64,000 bases of DNA, taken from an uncultured Methanomicrobiales archaeon (GTDB lineage Archaea; Halobacteriota; Methanomicrobia; Methanomicrobiales; Methanospirillaceae). Under the pieces are notes generated by a model. It was given only the letters and a program-made list of their open reading frames with translations. It did not search any database and was not told where the DNA came from. Below are positions 9,599-23,450 of the stretch, piece after piece; positions within the stretch are counted from its first letter, which is position 1, and each line of letters opens with the position of its first letter. The stretch covers positions 1 to 64,000 of the forward strand of contig CAVWXH010000008.1 in assembly GCA_963758915.1 (NCBI GenBank). Reading direction: 5' to 3'. Position numbers and translations under genes: made by a program.

Positions 9599-10864
9599 TT
9601 ATATCATTCTGAGCGGGTCTGTTTTCATGTATTCACGGCAGACCGTGGTCGCATAATGGCCCGGTGGAAGGTTAAATTTCAGCCGGACACAGTCTTCTTC
9701 CTGCATGGCTTCAACAGGCGTCATGAGGCTGATCGGGCGAAGAGCGCCGTTGAAACGTGAATGCACAAAATCCTGTGCCTGTCTGAAATTATCGGGACCG
9801 ATGCCCTGTTCCTCCAGGAGATGCTCAATCGCACTGCCGGAATGTCCCTGGGTGGCAGTGACGGACCCGGGCATAAAAATTGCTATAATACACCGCCCTC
9901 TTTTGATATGCTGGCCGGCGATTCCCTGGTTCTGCACCGTGACGCGGTCTTCCCTCCCGTTTTCAAAGATCAACAGGTCCCCCGGGACCGGTTCATCGAT
10001 TGCCGTTCCCTGGTCGAACCGCACTGACAGTGCACTGTTAAATAACCATGACTGGAACGCGGATACAAACATCGAGAGCAGTTTCGGAGGCAGGACTTTC
10101 AGGGCACCCTTATAGTCATCGGGGCGGTTAATGAGGTGATGGAGCATCGAACGCTCGTAGGACATCGAGACCGGAAGGCGGTGGAGCGCTTCACGGGTGT
10201 CCCGCGTCTCGTAAAATATCGTCCTGGTTGCACGGTTCTCTTCCGGTTCATCAGGAAATGACTGGCCGATATAGGTCATAACGGCACCTTCATAGTCATT
10301 TTTGAGGATCATTTCACCGATACGGTGAGTGAGTGGACGGATGACACCGAACCGCTGTACCCCGTAATAATTGGGGAGACCGGCAGAGGTAGTTCCGGTA
10401 ACCGACTGTAACTGTCCTTCAATATCTTCCCCTGATAACTCCCTGATTGTGATATCGAACCTGTTCCCTTTCAGGCTGCCGAGAGACAGGGGGAACTGGG
10501 AGCGGCCAAGCACTTCGAGCGTGATATCTTTCAGCCTGACATCGGCTATCTGTGCAGGTGTTATTTCATAGAGTGATATCAGCTGGCTCGTCACTGCGTG
10601 CCTGTCTTTCGTGCCACCCCACCCGATACGGCGGTGACTGATACCAAGTCGTTTTGCCAGTTCCTTTACTGCGTGCTGGAGTTCCCAGTCTTTCTTGGTG
10701 AGTTTACAGATAAGGTACGGCCCCGAATCCCCAACGGCAACCGGGATCTCCTCGACCAAAAAATCTTCAGCGGTAGAACGGAGTTTTCCCCCGATACCTG
10801 CGGTATCACTCGAATAATAGCGCATCCCGAGCTCCTGCTCGAGTGGAAACGGGCTTAGTCTCAT
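9599..10864 (-). CDS. truD: tRNA pseudouridine(13) synthase
   Basis: EDFLVEE, GTKDRHAVTSQ, PNYYGVQRFG and LPPGHYAT motifs. Confidence 0.96.
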   Translation of the reverse strand: MRLSPFPLEQELGMRYYSSDTAGIGGKLRSTAEDFLVEEIPVAVGDSGPYLICKLTKKDWELQHAVKELAKRLGISHRRIGWGGTKDRHAVTSQLISLYEITPAQIADVRLKDITLEVLGRSQFPLSLGSLKGNRFDITIRELSGEDIEGQLQSVTGTTSAGLPNYYGVQRFGVIRPLTHRIGEMILKNDYEGAVMTYIGQSFPDEPEENRATRTIFYETRDTREALHRLPVSMSYERSMLHHLINRPDDYKGALKVLPPKLLSMFVSAFQSWLFNSALSVRFDQGTAIDEPVPGDLLIFENGREDRVTVQNQGIAGQHIKRGRCIIAIFMPGSVTATQGHSGSAIEHLLEEQGIGPDNFRQAQDFVHSRFNGALRPISLMTPVEAMQEEDCVRLKFNLPPGHYATTVCREYMKTDPLRMI

Positions 10865-11223
10865 AGGAGGGAAAGGTCTCCTGTCAGTTTGTCGAGGGCT
10901 TCGGCTTTCGCAGGTCCAAGCCCGAGGGCGGTGACGGTACCGGGTGCAATTTCGGTGAGACCTGCGTCCTGGACGAGAGCGGCGGCGATACCTGCGTTTT
11001 CCGCCAGTACTTTAAGTTCAAAGAGCGGGCGTTCCCCGGCGACTTTCAGAACTACTTTTTTCTGGCCTTCAGAGAACCACCCTTTTCTTGCATTACTGTC
11101 AGCACGCTCATAGGCCAGTATTACCGCATGACCAACCTGTGCACACATTTTACCACAGCTCATCTTCAGGTCTGACCTGATTACCAGGCACTGCTTCCAC
11201 TTAAATTCCGGTCCATCAGCCAT
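10861..11223 (-). CDS. pth2: Peptidyl-tRNA hydrolase Pth2
   Basis: RSDLKMSCGKMCAQVGHA, GQKKVVLK and DAGLTEI...GLGP motifs. Confidence 0.95.
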   Translation of the reverse strand: MADGPEFKWKQCLVIRSDLKMSCGKMCAQVGHAVILAYERADSNARKGWFSEGQKKVVLKVAGERPLFELKVLAENAGIAAALVQDAGLTEIAPGTVTALGLGPAKAEALDKLTGDLSLL

Positions 11224-11330
11224 TGTCAGTACATGGGGCTGTTCACCCAAATATATGCGTGACACTTACCGGGGATATCGGACACATCGTCCACAGCTTG
11301 ATACTATTTCCGGCCATTGTACTATTCAGG

Positions 11331-12515
11331 ATGAACAACCGTGGGGCCCGACGACAGCCTGAGTATGATGTTGTTGTTGTCGGTGCCGGTCCGGTGGGGT
11401 GTGCAGCCGCTCTTGCCTGCGCGGAATACGGGCTTTCAACGCTCTGTATAGAGGAGCACGGGACGATCGGGCACCCGGTGCAGTGTGCAGGACTCCTGTC
11501 ACAGAATGCCTTTCGTGAATGTGAGGTCTCCGAAAAATCCGTGTTGAACGAGGTATCAGGTGCAGATGTGTCGTCTGATTCCGGTAACCACCTCCTTATC
11601 GATGCGGGTGTCACAAAAGCGTACGTGGTTGACCGTGGCATTCTCGACCGTGAGATGGCAGAACGTGCCGCGCTGGCAGGTGCTGAGTTCCGTTTAAAGA
11701 CCGCGGTGTTCCGCATGGACGAAAACCTGCTCTTCACCCGAGGGATTGATGGTCACCAGGAAGTCTGGTACAAGGTCCTGATCGCTGCAGACGGCCCGAG
11801 GAGCACGATTGCCCGGCTACGTGGTATGAAAAGGGCCGGGTTCTACCTGGCAGGGATCCAGTCCGAGATCAAGTACGAAAGCGACCCCCGTTTTGTCGGT
11901 GTGTACCCTGATGCTTCACCAGAATTCTTCGCGTGGCGGATCCCTATCGACAGGAAAAGGGCAAGAATTGGTCTTGCCGGGATGACTCGTGTCAAAGAAA
12001 AATTCCATTCATTTTCACAACGGTTCAATGGCCCCAGCCTGGACTTCGTACCTGGTACGATACCCATCGGTGTCATGCCTGTTACCTACGGTGGCCGGGT
12101 CATGTATGTCGGTGACGCCGGTGGATTTGCCAAACCAACCTCCGGTGGAGGCGTGTACACCGGGATCAGGACTGCCCGGCACGCGGCGGCAACGGCACAG
12201 TATTGTATAGAAAACAGGGTCTTCGATGATACCTCCCTCTCCCGGTACGAACAACTATGGAAACGGGACATTGGAAAAGAGCTCGAACGGGGGCTGATGA
12301 TGTTTCGCATGAGACAGACACTTGGGCCGGTTGAGACCGATCGCCTGGTCAGGGCGTTGTCAGATCCTGAGATCCTTGATAGTATCAGGCAGTACGGGGA
12401 CATGGACCGGCCGGCAAGGTTAGTGAAAGAGCTTTTTAAAAAGCCTGCATTATACCGGCAGACAGGGATGCTGATACGTTGTGGGATCAGGATGTTTACC
12501 GGGTATAACGTATAG
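11331..12515 (+). CDS. Geranylgeranyl reductase family FAD-dependent oxidoreductase
   Basis: VVVGAGPVG, PVQCAG, ADG and VGDAGGFAKPTSGGG motifs. Confidence 0.88.
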   Translation: MNNRGARRQPEYDVVVVGAGPVGCAAALACAEYGLSTLCIEEHGTIGHPVQCAGLLSQNAFRECEVSEKSVLNEVSGADVSSDSGNHLLIDAGVTKAYVVDRGILDREMAERAALAGAEFRLKTAVFRMDENLLFTRGIDGHQEVWYKVLIAADGPRSTIARLRGMKRAGFYLAGIQSEIKYESDPRFVGVYPDASPEFFAWRIPIDRKRARIGLAGMTRVKEKFHSFSQRFNGPSLDFVPGTIPIGVMPVTYGGRVMYVGDAGGFAKPTSGGGVYTGIRTARHAAATAQYCIENRVFDDTSLSRYEQLWKRDIGKELERGLMMFRMRQTLGPVETDRLVRALSDPEILDSIRQYGDMDRPARLVKELFKKPALYRQTGMLIRCGIRMFTGYNV

Positions 12516-12700
12516 CGACATCAGCAGCCTGCCAGACGTTTTTTTTGGTAACCCTCTATTTCCTCAAACATCTAAGGAATGAAGGGTTCTGGATAATTAT
12601 TAAAAAACGAATACGTTCAGGACAACATGTACAATAAAATGCTATTCTTATCGAAAACTACAAGATGTGCCAGTTCCGATCACTGGTACGAGGACTTGAT

Positions 12701-13123
12701 ATGACGAGTGAAAATGAGCTCATGCGCATCGGGATATCCCTGCCAAAGAACCTGCTTGACAAGTTTGATGAAATTATCAATTACCGTGGATATTCATCAC
12801 GCTCCGAAGGGATCCGGGATGCGATCAGAAGTTACATCACACATTACAAATGGATGTCCGATGTGAAGGGAGAGCGGCAGGGGGTTATCACAATGATTTA
12901 CGACCATGAGCAGCGCGGGCTTCTGACTACCCTGACTGATATCCAGCACGAATTCATGTCAATCGTACAGGCATCCCTGCATTCTCATGTTACGCATGGT
13001 CGCTGTCTTGAAGTAATACTCGTGAGGGGGGACGGTTCCCAGCTGAAGACTCTCGCCGAACGGCTGATGTCACAGAAAGGAGTGGAATCTGTAAAATTAA
13101 CGACAATCATGGTAGGGGAATAA
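12701..13123 (+). CDS. nikR: Nickel-responsive regulator NikR
   Basis: RIGISL ribbon-helix-helix, SRSEGIRDAIR and HSHVTHGRCLEV nickel site. Confidence 0.95.
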   Translation: MTSENELMRIGISLPKNLLDKFDEIINYRGYSSRSEGIRDAIRSYITHYKWMSDVKGERQGVITMIYDHEQRGLLTTLTDIQHEFMSIVQASLHSHVTHGRCLEVILVRGDGSQLKTLAERLMSQKGVESVKLTTIMVGE

Positions 13124-13300
13124 TTTTTTCCGGAACAATTCTATGCCGCTGGTCCCTGGTCGTTTGAACATAGTATTTGCCCCTGCTGGCGATAATGTTT
13201 TCATCATGGTACATGGAAAAATCAGGTTTTCAATTAATAAGTGCGAATATTTTTGAATACTATCGTCATAAAATTCCAAAACAAAAACTATTATACATCA

Positions 13301-13334
13301 AAAGTATTACTAATTAATAATAAAGTAATACTTT
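13301..13334. promoter_or_regulatory. NikR operator
   Basis: Perfect inverted repeat AAAGTATTAC-N14-GTAATACTTT, equivalent to GTATTA-N16-TAATAC, matching NikR GTATGA-N16-TCATAC geometry. Ends ~11 bp before nikM. Confidence 0.85.
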
Positions 13335-13345
13335 GGTGAACAAAC

Positions 13346-13999
13346 GTGCACATACCTGATGCATTTATTCCGATATGGCAGGGCGCAATATACTGGGCGA
13401 TCGCCCTGGTCTTTGTGTACCTCTCATTACGGTGGGCAAAGAACGAGCTCAACGAGGAAAAACTACCCCTTGTTGCGGTACTGGCGGCGGGGATTTTCGC
13501 GCTCCAGTCCTTTAACCTTCCTGTTTCGATGGGCACAAGCGGACACCTGGTGGGCGGGGCGCTTGTTGCAATTATCCTTGGTTCCCCGTTTGCCGCGGTA
13601 TTCATCCTGACGCTGGTTCTGATTGTCCAGGGTATCATGTTTGGCGATGGTGGGATCACGACGATGGGCGTGAATATTCTCAACATGGGTGTAGTCGGTG
13701 GCTTTGTGGGTTTCTATAGTTTCAAAGGACTGAAGGCTGTTACGGGAAGTTTGCCTGTTTCTGCATTTATCGCAGCATGGCTGGCCTGCGTGATTCCGGC
13801 ACTCTGCGCCGCGGTTGAACTCTGGATTGCAGGGACCTTCCCGCTCGAGACCGGCCTGGTTGCGATGGGGTTGTACCATGCCGTTATCGGGGTGGTTGAG
13901 GGGGTCATCACGGTTGCTGCAATATACCTGATTGTAAGTGTGAGACCTGACATGGTGGACAAAGGTGTATTGCCTGCGAAGGCAGGTGCTGTCGCATGA
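13346..13999 (+). CDS. nikM: Ni/Co ECF transporter S component (NikM/CbiM)
   Basis: N-terminal MHIPD (Ni-type), GTSGHLVG and FGDGG motifs. Confidence 0.9.
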   Translation: MHIPDAFIPIWQGAIYWAIALVFVYLSLRWAKNELNEEKLPLVAVLAAGIFALQSFNLPVSMGTSGHLVGGALVAIILGSPFAAVFILTLVLIVQGIMFGDGGITTMGVNILNMGVVGGFVGFYSFKGLKAVTGSLPVSAFIAAWLACVIPALCAAVELWIAGTFPLETGLVAMGLYHAVIGVVEGVITVAAIYLIVSVRPDMVDKGVLPAKAGAVA

Positions 14000-14355
14000 T
14001 CGACAATAAAACCTTAATTGCTGGCGGACTTATCATTGCTATCCTCATCGGGGTTGTTGCAGTGTTCCTAGCCTCAAGTGACCCGGATGGCCTGGATAGT
14101 ACAGCTCTTGTTGTGCAGGGGCAGAAAGCACTTACAGGCCCTACACCTCCTGATGCAGAAATAGAAGAGAGTATAGAGGGGAAGTTCGCATATTCAGCCC
14201 CGATGCCGGATTATTCTCTTGGCGAAGAGAGTGGTCACGGTGGAGGAATCCTTGCAATAGTGGGCGGGACACTCCTGGCATTCCTCGTTGCAATTGGCCT
14301 GATATTCGCATTAAAGGTCGCAGGTAAGAAAAGTCCGCCAAAGGCAAACCAATAG
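13996..14355 (+). CDS. nikN: NikN-like PDGLE-domain membrane protein
   Basis: ASSDPDGLD and PMPDY motifs between two TM helices. Overlaps nikM by 4 bp. Confidence 0.85.
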   Translation: MIDNKTLIAGGLIIAILIGVVAVFLASSDPDGLDSTALVVQGQKALTGPTPPDAEIEESIEGKFAYSAPMPDYSLGEESGHGGGILAIVGGTLLAFLVAIGLIFALKVAGKKSPPKANQ

Positions 14356-14389
14356 ACATTTAATTTTTACAACCCAATTCTGTTGACTC

Positions 14390-15223
14390 ATGCATCTCAT
14401 CGAAACCCGCGATCTCTGTTATACGTATCCCGGCAATGTCACTGCACTGCACCATGTCAATTTTATCGCCCCGCGTAAAGCACGTATCGCCGTAATAGGG
14501 TCCAATGGTGCGGGTAAGAGTACACTGTTCAAACATTTTAACGGGATTTTTAAGCCGACATCGGGATCGGTGTTAGTCCAGGGTGAACCCATTACCAGGG
14601 AAAATATCCGTAACGTCCGAAAATTTGTCGGGATTGTATTCCAGAACCCCGATGACCAGATCTTTTCTCCAACGGTCGAACAGGATGTTGCGTTCGGCCC
14701 CACCAACCTGGGCCTTGATGAGGAGACTGTTCAGCACCGTGTTGAGGAAGCACTCCATATTGTTGGTATTGAACACCTTGCAAACCGTGTCCCCCATCAC
14801 CTGAGTGGTGGTGAAAAGAAAAGGGTCGCAATTGCCGGTGTTGTGGCAATGGAACCACAGGTACTGGTACTCGATGAACCCACTGCAGGACTTGACCCCC
14901 AGGGTGTGCGTGATTTTAACAATTTTTGTAACTCCCTTTCGCAAAAGTACGGGCTCACCGTGATTTTCTCAACTCACGATGTATCGCTGGTACCTGAAAT
15001 CGCAGATTATGTGTATGTAATGAACAAGGGATCCGTTATGGCATCAGGCACTGTCGAGGAGATCTTCGTGCAGATGGAGATGCTCCAGTCAGTCCGGCTC
15101 GACGTGCCGGTATTACCAAAATTAATCCGCTCTCTCCAGGAACATGGCGTTGATATAAACATGGGATATACCTTCGAAGAAGTGGAAAAGGTATTCCTCG
15201 AGGCATTCGGGAAGAGGGCATGA
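14390..15223 (+). CDS. cbiO: ECF transporter ATPase (NikO/CbiO)
   Basis: GSNGAGKST, FQNPDDQ, LSGGEKKR and LDEPTAGLD motifs. Confidence 0.93.
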   Translation: MHLIETRDLCYTYPGNVTALHHVNFIAPRKARIAVIGSNGAGKSTLFKHFNGIFKPTSGSVLVQGEPITRENIRNVRKFVGIVFQNPDDQIFSPTVEQDVAFGPTNLGLDEETVQHRVEEALHIVGIEHLANRVPHHLSGGEKKRVAIAGVVAMEPQVLVLDEPTAGLDPQGVRDFNNFCNSLSQKYGLTVIFSTHDVSLVPEIADYVYVMNKGSVMASGTVEEIFVQMEMLQSVRLDVPVLPKLIRSLQEHGVDINMGYTFEEVEKVFLEAFGKRA

Positions 15224-16047
15224 TCGAAGAACTTTTTGATATTGAGCGATATGCATACCGGGATAGCAGTATCCACCGCCTTGATGCCAGGGTCAAGATA
15301 ATCGTGGTATTTGCCACCATTATCGCGATGGTATCGATACCCTATTCTCCTGTTGTACTCACGGTCGGTGCAATTTTTTTTATTTTTTTTGCCCTGCTCT
15401 GGGCGCTCACCCGGTTATCACCCATGGTATACCTCAAACGGGCGATGTTGATCGTTCCCCTCTGGGGTATCGTGATCCTGTTCCAGATATTTCTGAAAAA
15501 TCCTTATTATACCGTGTACACCCCTGTTGTTGTCCTGCCGTTCGGGATCACTATCTATGCAGAATCTATCCAGTTTGCATGGATACTCTTTGTAAAATTC
15601 ATCATTACCATATCATTCATAATCCTCCTCTCATCGACGACCAAGGTACAGGACATGCTTGACGGGGGACGAAGGCTCGGGCTTCCAACAGAATTTGCCC
15701 TTGCCCTTGGTATGATGATCCGCTACCTGTTTGTCTTTGGCTACATGTACAGAAAGATCGTCCAGACGCTAGAGAGTAAAGCGTTCGATCCATTTGACCG
15801 GAACCTGCCTTACCGCTACCGGATGCGCCAGATTGGGTATACAATCGGGACCATGTTTGTCAGGTCATACGAGCAGGGGGAACGTGTCTATACGAGCATG
15901 CTCTGCCGGGGATATGGCAGGAACAGCCAACTCTTTTTAAAGAAAAAAGGGTTTAAACCCTCTGAATGGACATTCCTTCTAATTTCACTTGGATTTATTA
16001 TTATTATCCCGGTCATGGCCTGGCTGAAGCAGGTATCCTGGTTCTGA
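15220..16047 (+). CDS. cbiQ: ECF transporter T component (NikQ/CbiQ)
   Basis: IHRLDARVK and RSYEQGERVYTSMLCRGY motifs. Confidence 0.92.
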   Translation: MIEELFDIERYAYRDSSIHRLDARVKIIVVFATIIAMVSIPYSPVVLTVGAIFFIFFALLWALTRLSPMVYLKRAMLIVPLWGIVILFQIFLKNPYYTVYTPVVVLPFGITIYAESIQFAWILFVKFIITISFIILLSSTTKVQDMLDGGRRLGLPTEFALALGMMIRYLFVFGYMYRKIVQTLESKAFDPFDRNLPYRYRMRQIGYTIGTMFVRSYEQGERVYTSMLCRGYGRNSQLFLKKKGFKPSEWTFLLISLGFIIIIPVMAWLKQVSWF

Positions 16048-16092
16048 ATGGAAGCGGGAGTTTTTTAATCCCCGTCCTGTATATCCTATATC

Positions 16093-16401
16093 ATGGAAAG
16101 CAGATTTGGTCGCGGGTTTATCGTCAACCTGTCATTGATAACCAGGCATTTTGCATTACCACCTGAACAGGCATGGCCAGGGGTGGCAGACCACCTGGAT
16201 GAAATGGCCCTTCCGCAGTCATTCAGGGGGACTGAAGTGGAACAGCTGGTCGAGAGCCTCAGGAAGCATATCATCTGGCATGTCCCGGGTACCACGGACA
16301 AGGAAGATGCAAAAGAAGTCAACCGGATCCTGAACCGTCTTGCCGTGGAGATTGACAGGAATCTCGGGATAAAAGATGCGGAACTAGGCGAGTTTCACTA
16401 A
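16093..16401 (+). CDS. Hypothetical protein
   Basis: Clean 102-aa ORF, co-directional between the ECF operon and gyrB. Confidence 0.7.
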   Translation: MESRFGRGFIVNLSLITRHFALPPEQAWPGVADHLDEMALPQSFRGTEVEQLVESLRKHIIWHVPGTTDKEDAKEVNRILNRLAVEIDRNLGIKDAELGEFH

Positions 16402-16501
16402 TCCGGGTCACGAGCACTCATCAGGATTAAGTGTTGAAACAACCATTTACTATATGTGATTGACGATCTGTTTACTGAAGAGTTTTTTTTTGTGGGGGTA
16501 A

Positions 16502-20939
<4,438 letters not shown>

Positions 20940-20967
20940 CCCTCACCTATTTTTTTTTGAATTTTTC

Positions 20968-21230
20968 GGCTTTGTTGAAACCCTTAGGTGATATAAAAAA
21001 ATAAGAGGGAAATATGAAGACAGGAGGGGGTTTCACCCCCCCTGCCCCACCCACGATAAGATATTCATTGGCAGGGTTTAATTTGGGCATTCAATGAAAT
21101 TTCAGAGATTTGGAGATCATTCCTTATCCCAACCGAAGTCGTCAAAGCGGCGGGGCGGAGCCCGGGGAACGTGACGAATATTGGAATAACCGAATCCGCT
21201 AGATAGATTTGAGGGCATTTCAACAAAACT
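20968..21230 (+). mobile_element. MITE-like repeat copy 2
   Basis: GGCTTTGTTGAAA...TTTCAACAAAACT termini, 28 bp after the gyrA stop. Confidence 0.88.
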
Positions 21231-21386
21231 TAAAAACAAGGAATACACAAGCCCGGATGATGGATAATTTTTGCATTCCCGAAGATAGCAGGCCAGCCAC
21301 CATCCCGATCACTGGCTTTTCCATGATACCTGGTTTTCCTGTTTCTGACAGGCGGATTTATGTGTAAAGGGGTTGACCACCTGATA

Positions 21387-21905
21387 ATGTCGTCAGTAGA
21401 TGGTTTCACACCGTACCTGTTTATGTTAATCACTCTGGCAGGTGCCGGTGTGCAGATTTTTCAGAAGCGGAATACCATTACACGGTCCGGGTTGGCTGAA
21501 ATACTATTGGTATGGTTTTTTTTTATCGAGCTCGGGGTAGTAGGTATCTGGTCCTTTATTGCCCACACCGTATTCGCAGCACAGGTTGCGGTAAGCATCG
21601 GCTGGCTGGCAGGAAATCCGTTTCAGCAGGAAGTTGCGGTTACAAATCTTGCAATCGGGGTCCTTGGCCTTCTCTCGGTCAGGATGAACCAGTCTTTCCG
21701 TCTGGCGACAATTATTTCTTTCTCAATATTCATGATAGGGGCCGGGATTGGACATGTCTACCAGCTGGTAGTCTTCAACGACACGGCGATTAACAATGCC
21801 GGGGCAGTTATGTACCTTGATTTTATCGTACCGGTTATCATGGTTATCCTTTATATCATCAGGTATGAAAAAGGCCCGGGAGATTCATCTTCTCCAAATC
21901 CCTAA
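21387..21905 (+). CDS. Membrane protein (DUF6790-like)
   Basis: Four to five TM helices with SIGW..GNPFQQEV and GHVYQ...NNAG motifs. Confidence 0.7.
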   Translation: MSSVDGFTPYLFMLITLAGAGVQIFQKRNTITRSGLAEILLVWFFFIELGVVGIWSFIAHTVFAAQVAVSIGWLAGNPFQQEVAVTNLAIGVLGLLSVRMNQSFRLATIISFSIFMIGAGIGHVYQLVVFNDTAINNAGAVMYLDFIVPVIMVILYIIRYEKGPGDSSSPNP

Positions 21906-22076
21906 ATTTTGTCTGATTGCCCTGAACAGGATTTTATATTCTTCTGTCCTTCTCTGACATTATTTACACCACCTAGTTAACCTGCCATTATCAGTGGCAT
22001 TCGTTTTTTTCAAGGGTAAAATCTTTTCATATGGACAATGGTAACCGTTATCTCGTCCTGCAAAAAAGAATGGAAT

Positions 22077-22496
22077 ATGTTCCAGAAGACATTAGAGTTC
22101 CAGACACATGGTGAAGGGGAGATGGTGAATATAACCCCCGGTGTGGAAAAAACGTTACATGAGAGCGGTGTGATGAATGGTCTGGCCCATATCTTTGTGA
22201 CCGGTTCCACAGCAGCGGTGACAACCATCGAATACGAAGAGGGTGTCCTCGGGGATTTCAGGAGGGCCCTTTCGGTCCTTGCACCAGACACTATACCGTA
22301 TGATCATAATACCCGGTGGGGTGACGGGAATGGAAGGTCCCATGTGAAAGCATCATGTATCGGCCCTTCCCTGACCGTTCCTGTTATGAATGGAGCACTC
22401 ATGTGCGGGACCTGGCAGCAGGTCGTACTTGTTGAACTGGATGTAAGGTCCGGGCGCAAAAGGTCTGTAGTGGTTACCGTGGATGGAACTATGTAA
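22077..22496 (+). CDS. YjbQ/UPF0047 family protein
   Basis: GSTAAVTTIE, YDHN...GNGRSHVKAS and GTWQQV motifs. Confidence 0.9.
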   Translation: MFQKTLEFQTHGEGEMVNITPGVEKTLHESGVMNGLAHIFVTGSTAAVTTIEYEEGVLGDFRRALSVLAPDTIPYDHNTRWGDGNGRSHVKASCIGPSLTVPVMNGALMCGTWQQVVLVELDVRSGRKRSVVVTVDGTM

Positions 22497-22726
22497 ACAA
22501 CATGCGGAGAAATTCATGTTTCCGGGGCCTGATCGAAAGACCCGGGATACTGCTAATCTGGTATTACCGTACCTCCTCACAGTGTTCTTGGAGCGGGTTG
22601 CGTGAATGGCGCTCTTGAATAATAACGTGGAAAAATAAAAGATATCCTGCACTCTTACCTGTCGGATCTATGCGGAAAGCCAGTTTATTCATGGCTGATA
22701 AAAAAAGAAAAAATCTGCCGGGGTGG

Positions 22727-22990
22727 TTAATCGAGCGGGATTGTCTCGAGCTGGGAAACCAGTTCCCATATCCGGGTCCTCGCATGCACGGGCATGTTGG
22801 GATCATTGCTGATTTCGTCAATTTTTGAGATGGCCTCCGCGGCACGGAGACCTATTCCCTTGTTAGGATTCGTGAGCAGCATCCTTGTCTCATCTGCGAC
22901 GCGCCTGATATTTCTCGGTATTGTGTTGTCATCCATGATGTGCTGCAGCATCTGGACGCAATTCTCTATTGTTTTTTCCGGATTAGTCAT
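22727..22990 (-). CDS. UPF0147 family protein
   Basis: [10 protein letters not shown] and [13 protein letters not shown] motifs. Confidence 0.92.
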   Translation of the reverse strand: MTNPEKTIENCVQMLQHIMDDNTIPRNIRRVADETRMLLTNPNKGIGLRAAEAISKIDEISNDPNMPVHARTRIWELVSQLETIPLD

Positions 22991-23069
22991 GATATCACCT
23001 TCGTGAGCTTCTCTCTATTAATACTACTATCCCGCCTTATATAGTTTGATAAACCAACCTAACAACCAG

Positions 23070-23450
23070 GTGATACCGATACCCGAGAAGAAACCCGATG
23101 ATGTAATGGCAGAATACCTCCTGAAAGGGGCAAAAATGCTCGCGAAGACGTGCCCTGCCTGTGGATCGCCTATGTTCAACTACAAGGACCGGACGTTCTG
23201 CGTGATGTGTGAACTGGAAGAAGAAAAGGCAGCAGAAAAAACAAATAGGCCAATAAAGAAGCCGGTTGAACAATCAAAGGTAGAAAACCGCGTCTTATCA
23301 TCAACTACCGAACTTGCATGTGCACTTGAAACAACACTGATCACGCTCTCCGAAAGGATCGCCTGCGAACCTGACCCTGACCGTTGCCTTTCCCTGATGA
23401 ATACCGTGAAAAAAGGGATCGAAGCCCTGAGGCTCCTCTCTCAACCGTAA
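23070..23450 (+). CDS. UPF0148/autoantigen p27 zinc-ribbon protein
   Basis: MAEYLLKGAKMLAKTCPACGSPMF...FCVMC. Start position uncertain. Confidence 0.85.
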   Translation: MIPIPEKKPDDVMAEYLLKGAKMLAKTCPACGSPMFNYKDRTFCVMCELEEEKAAEKTNRPIKKPVEQSKVENRVLSSTTELACALETTLITLSERIACEPDPDRCLSLMNTVKKGIEALRLLSQP

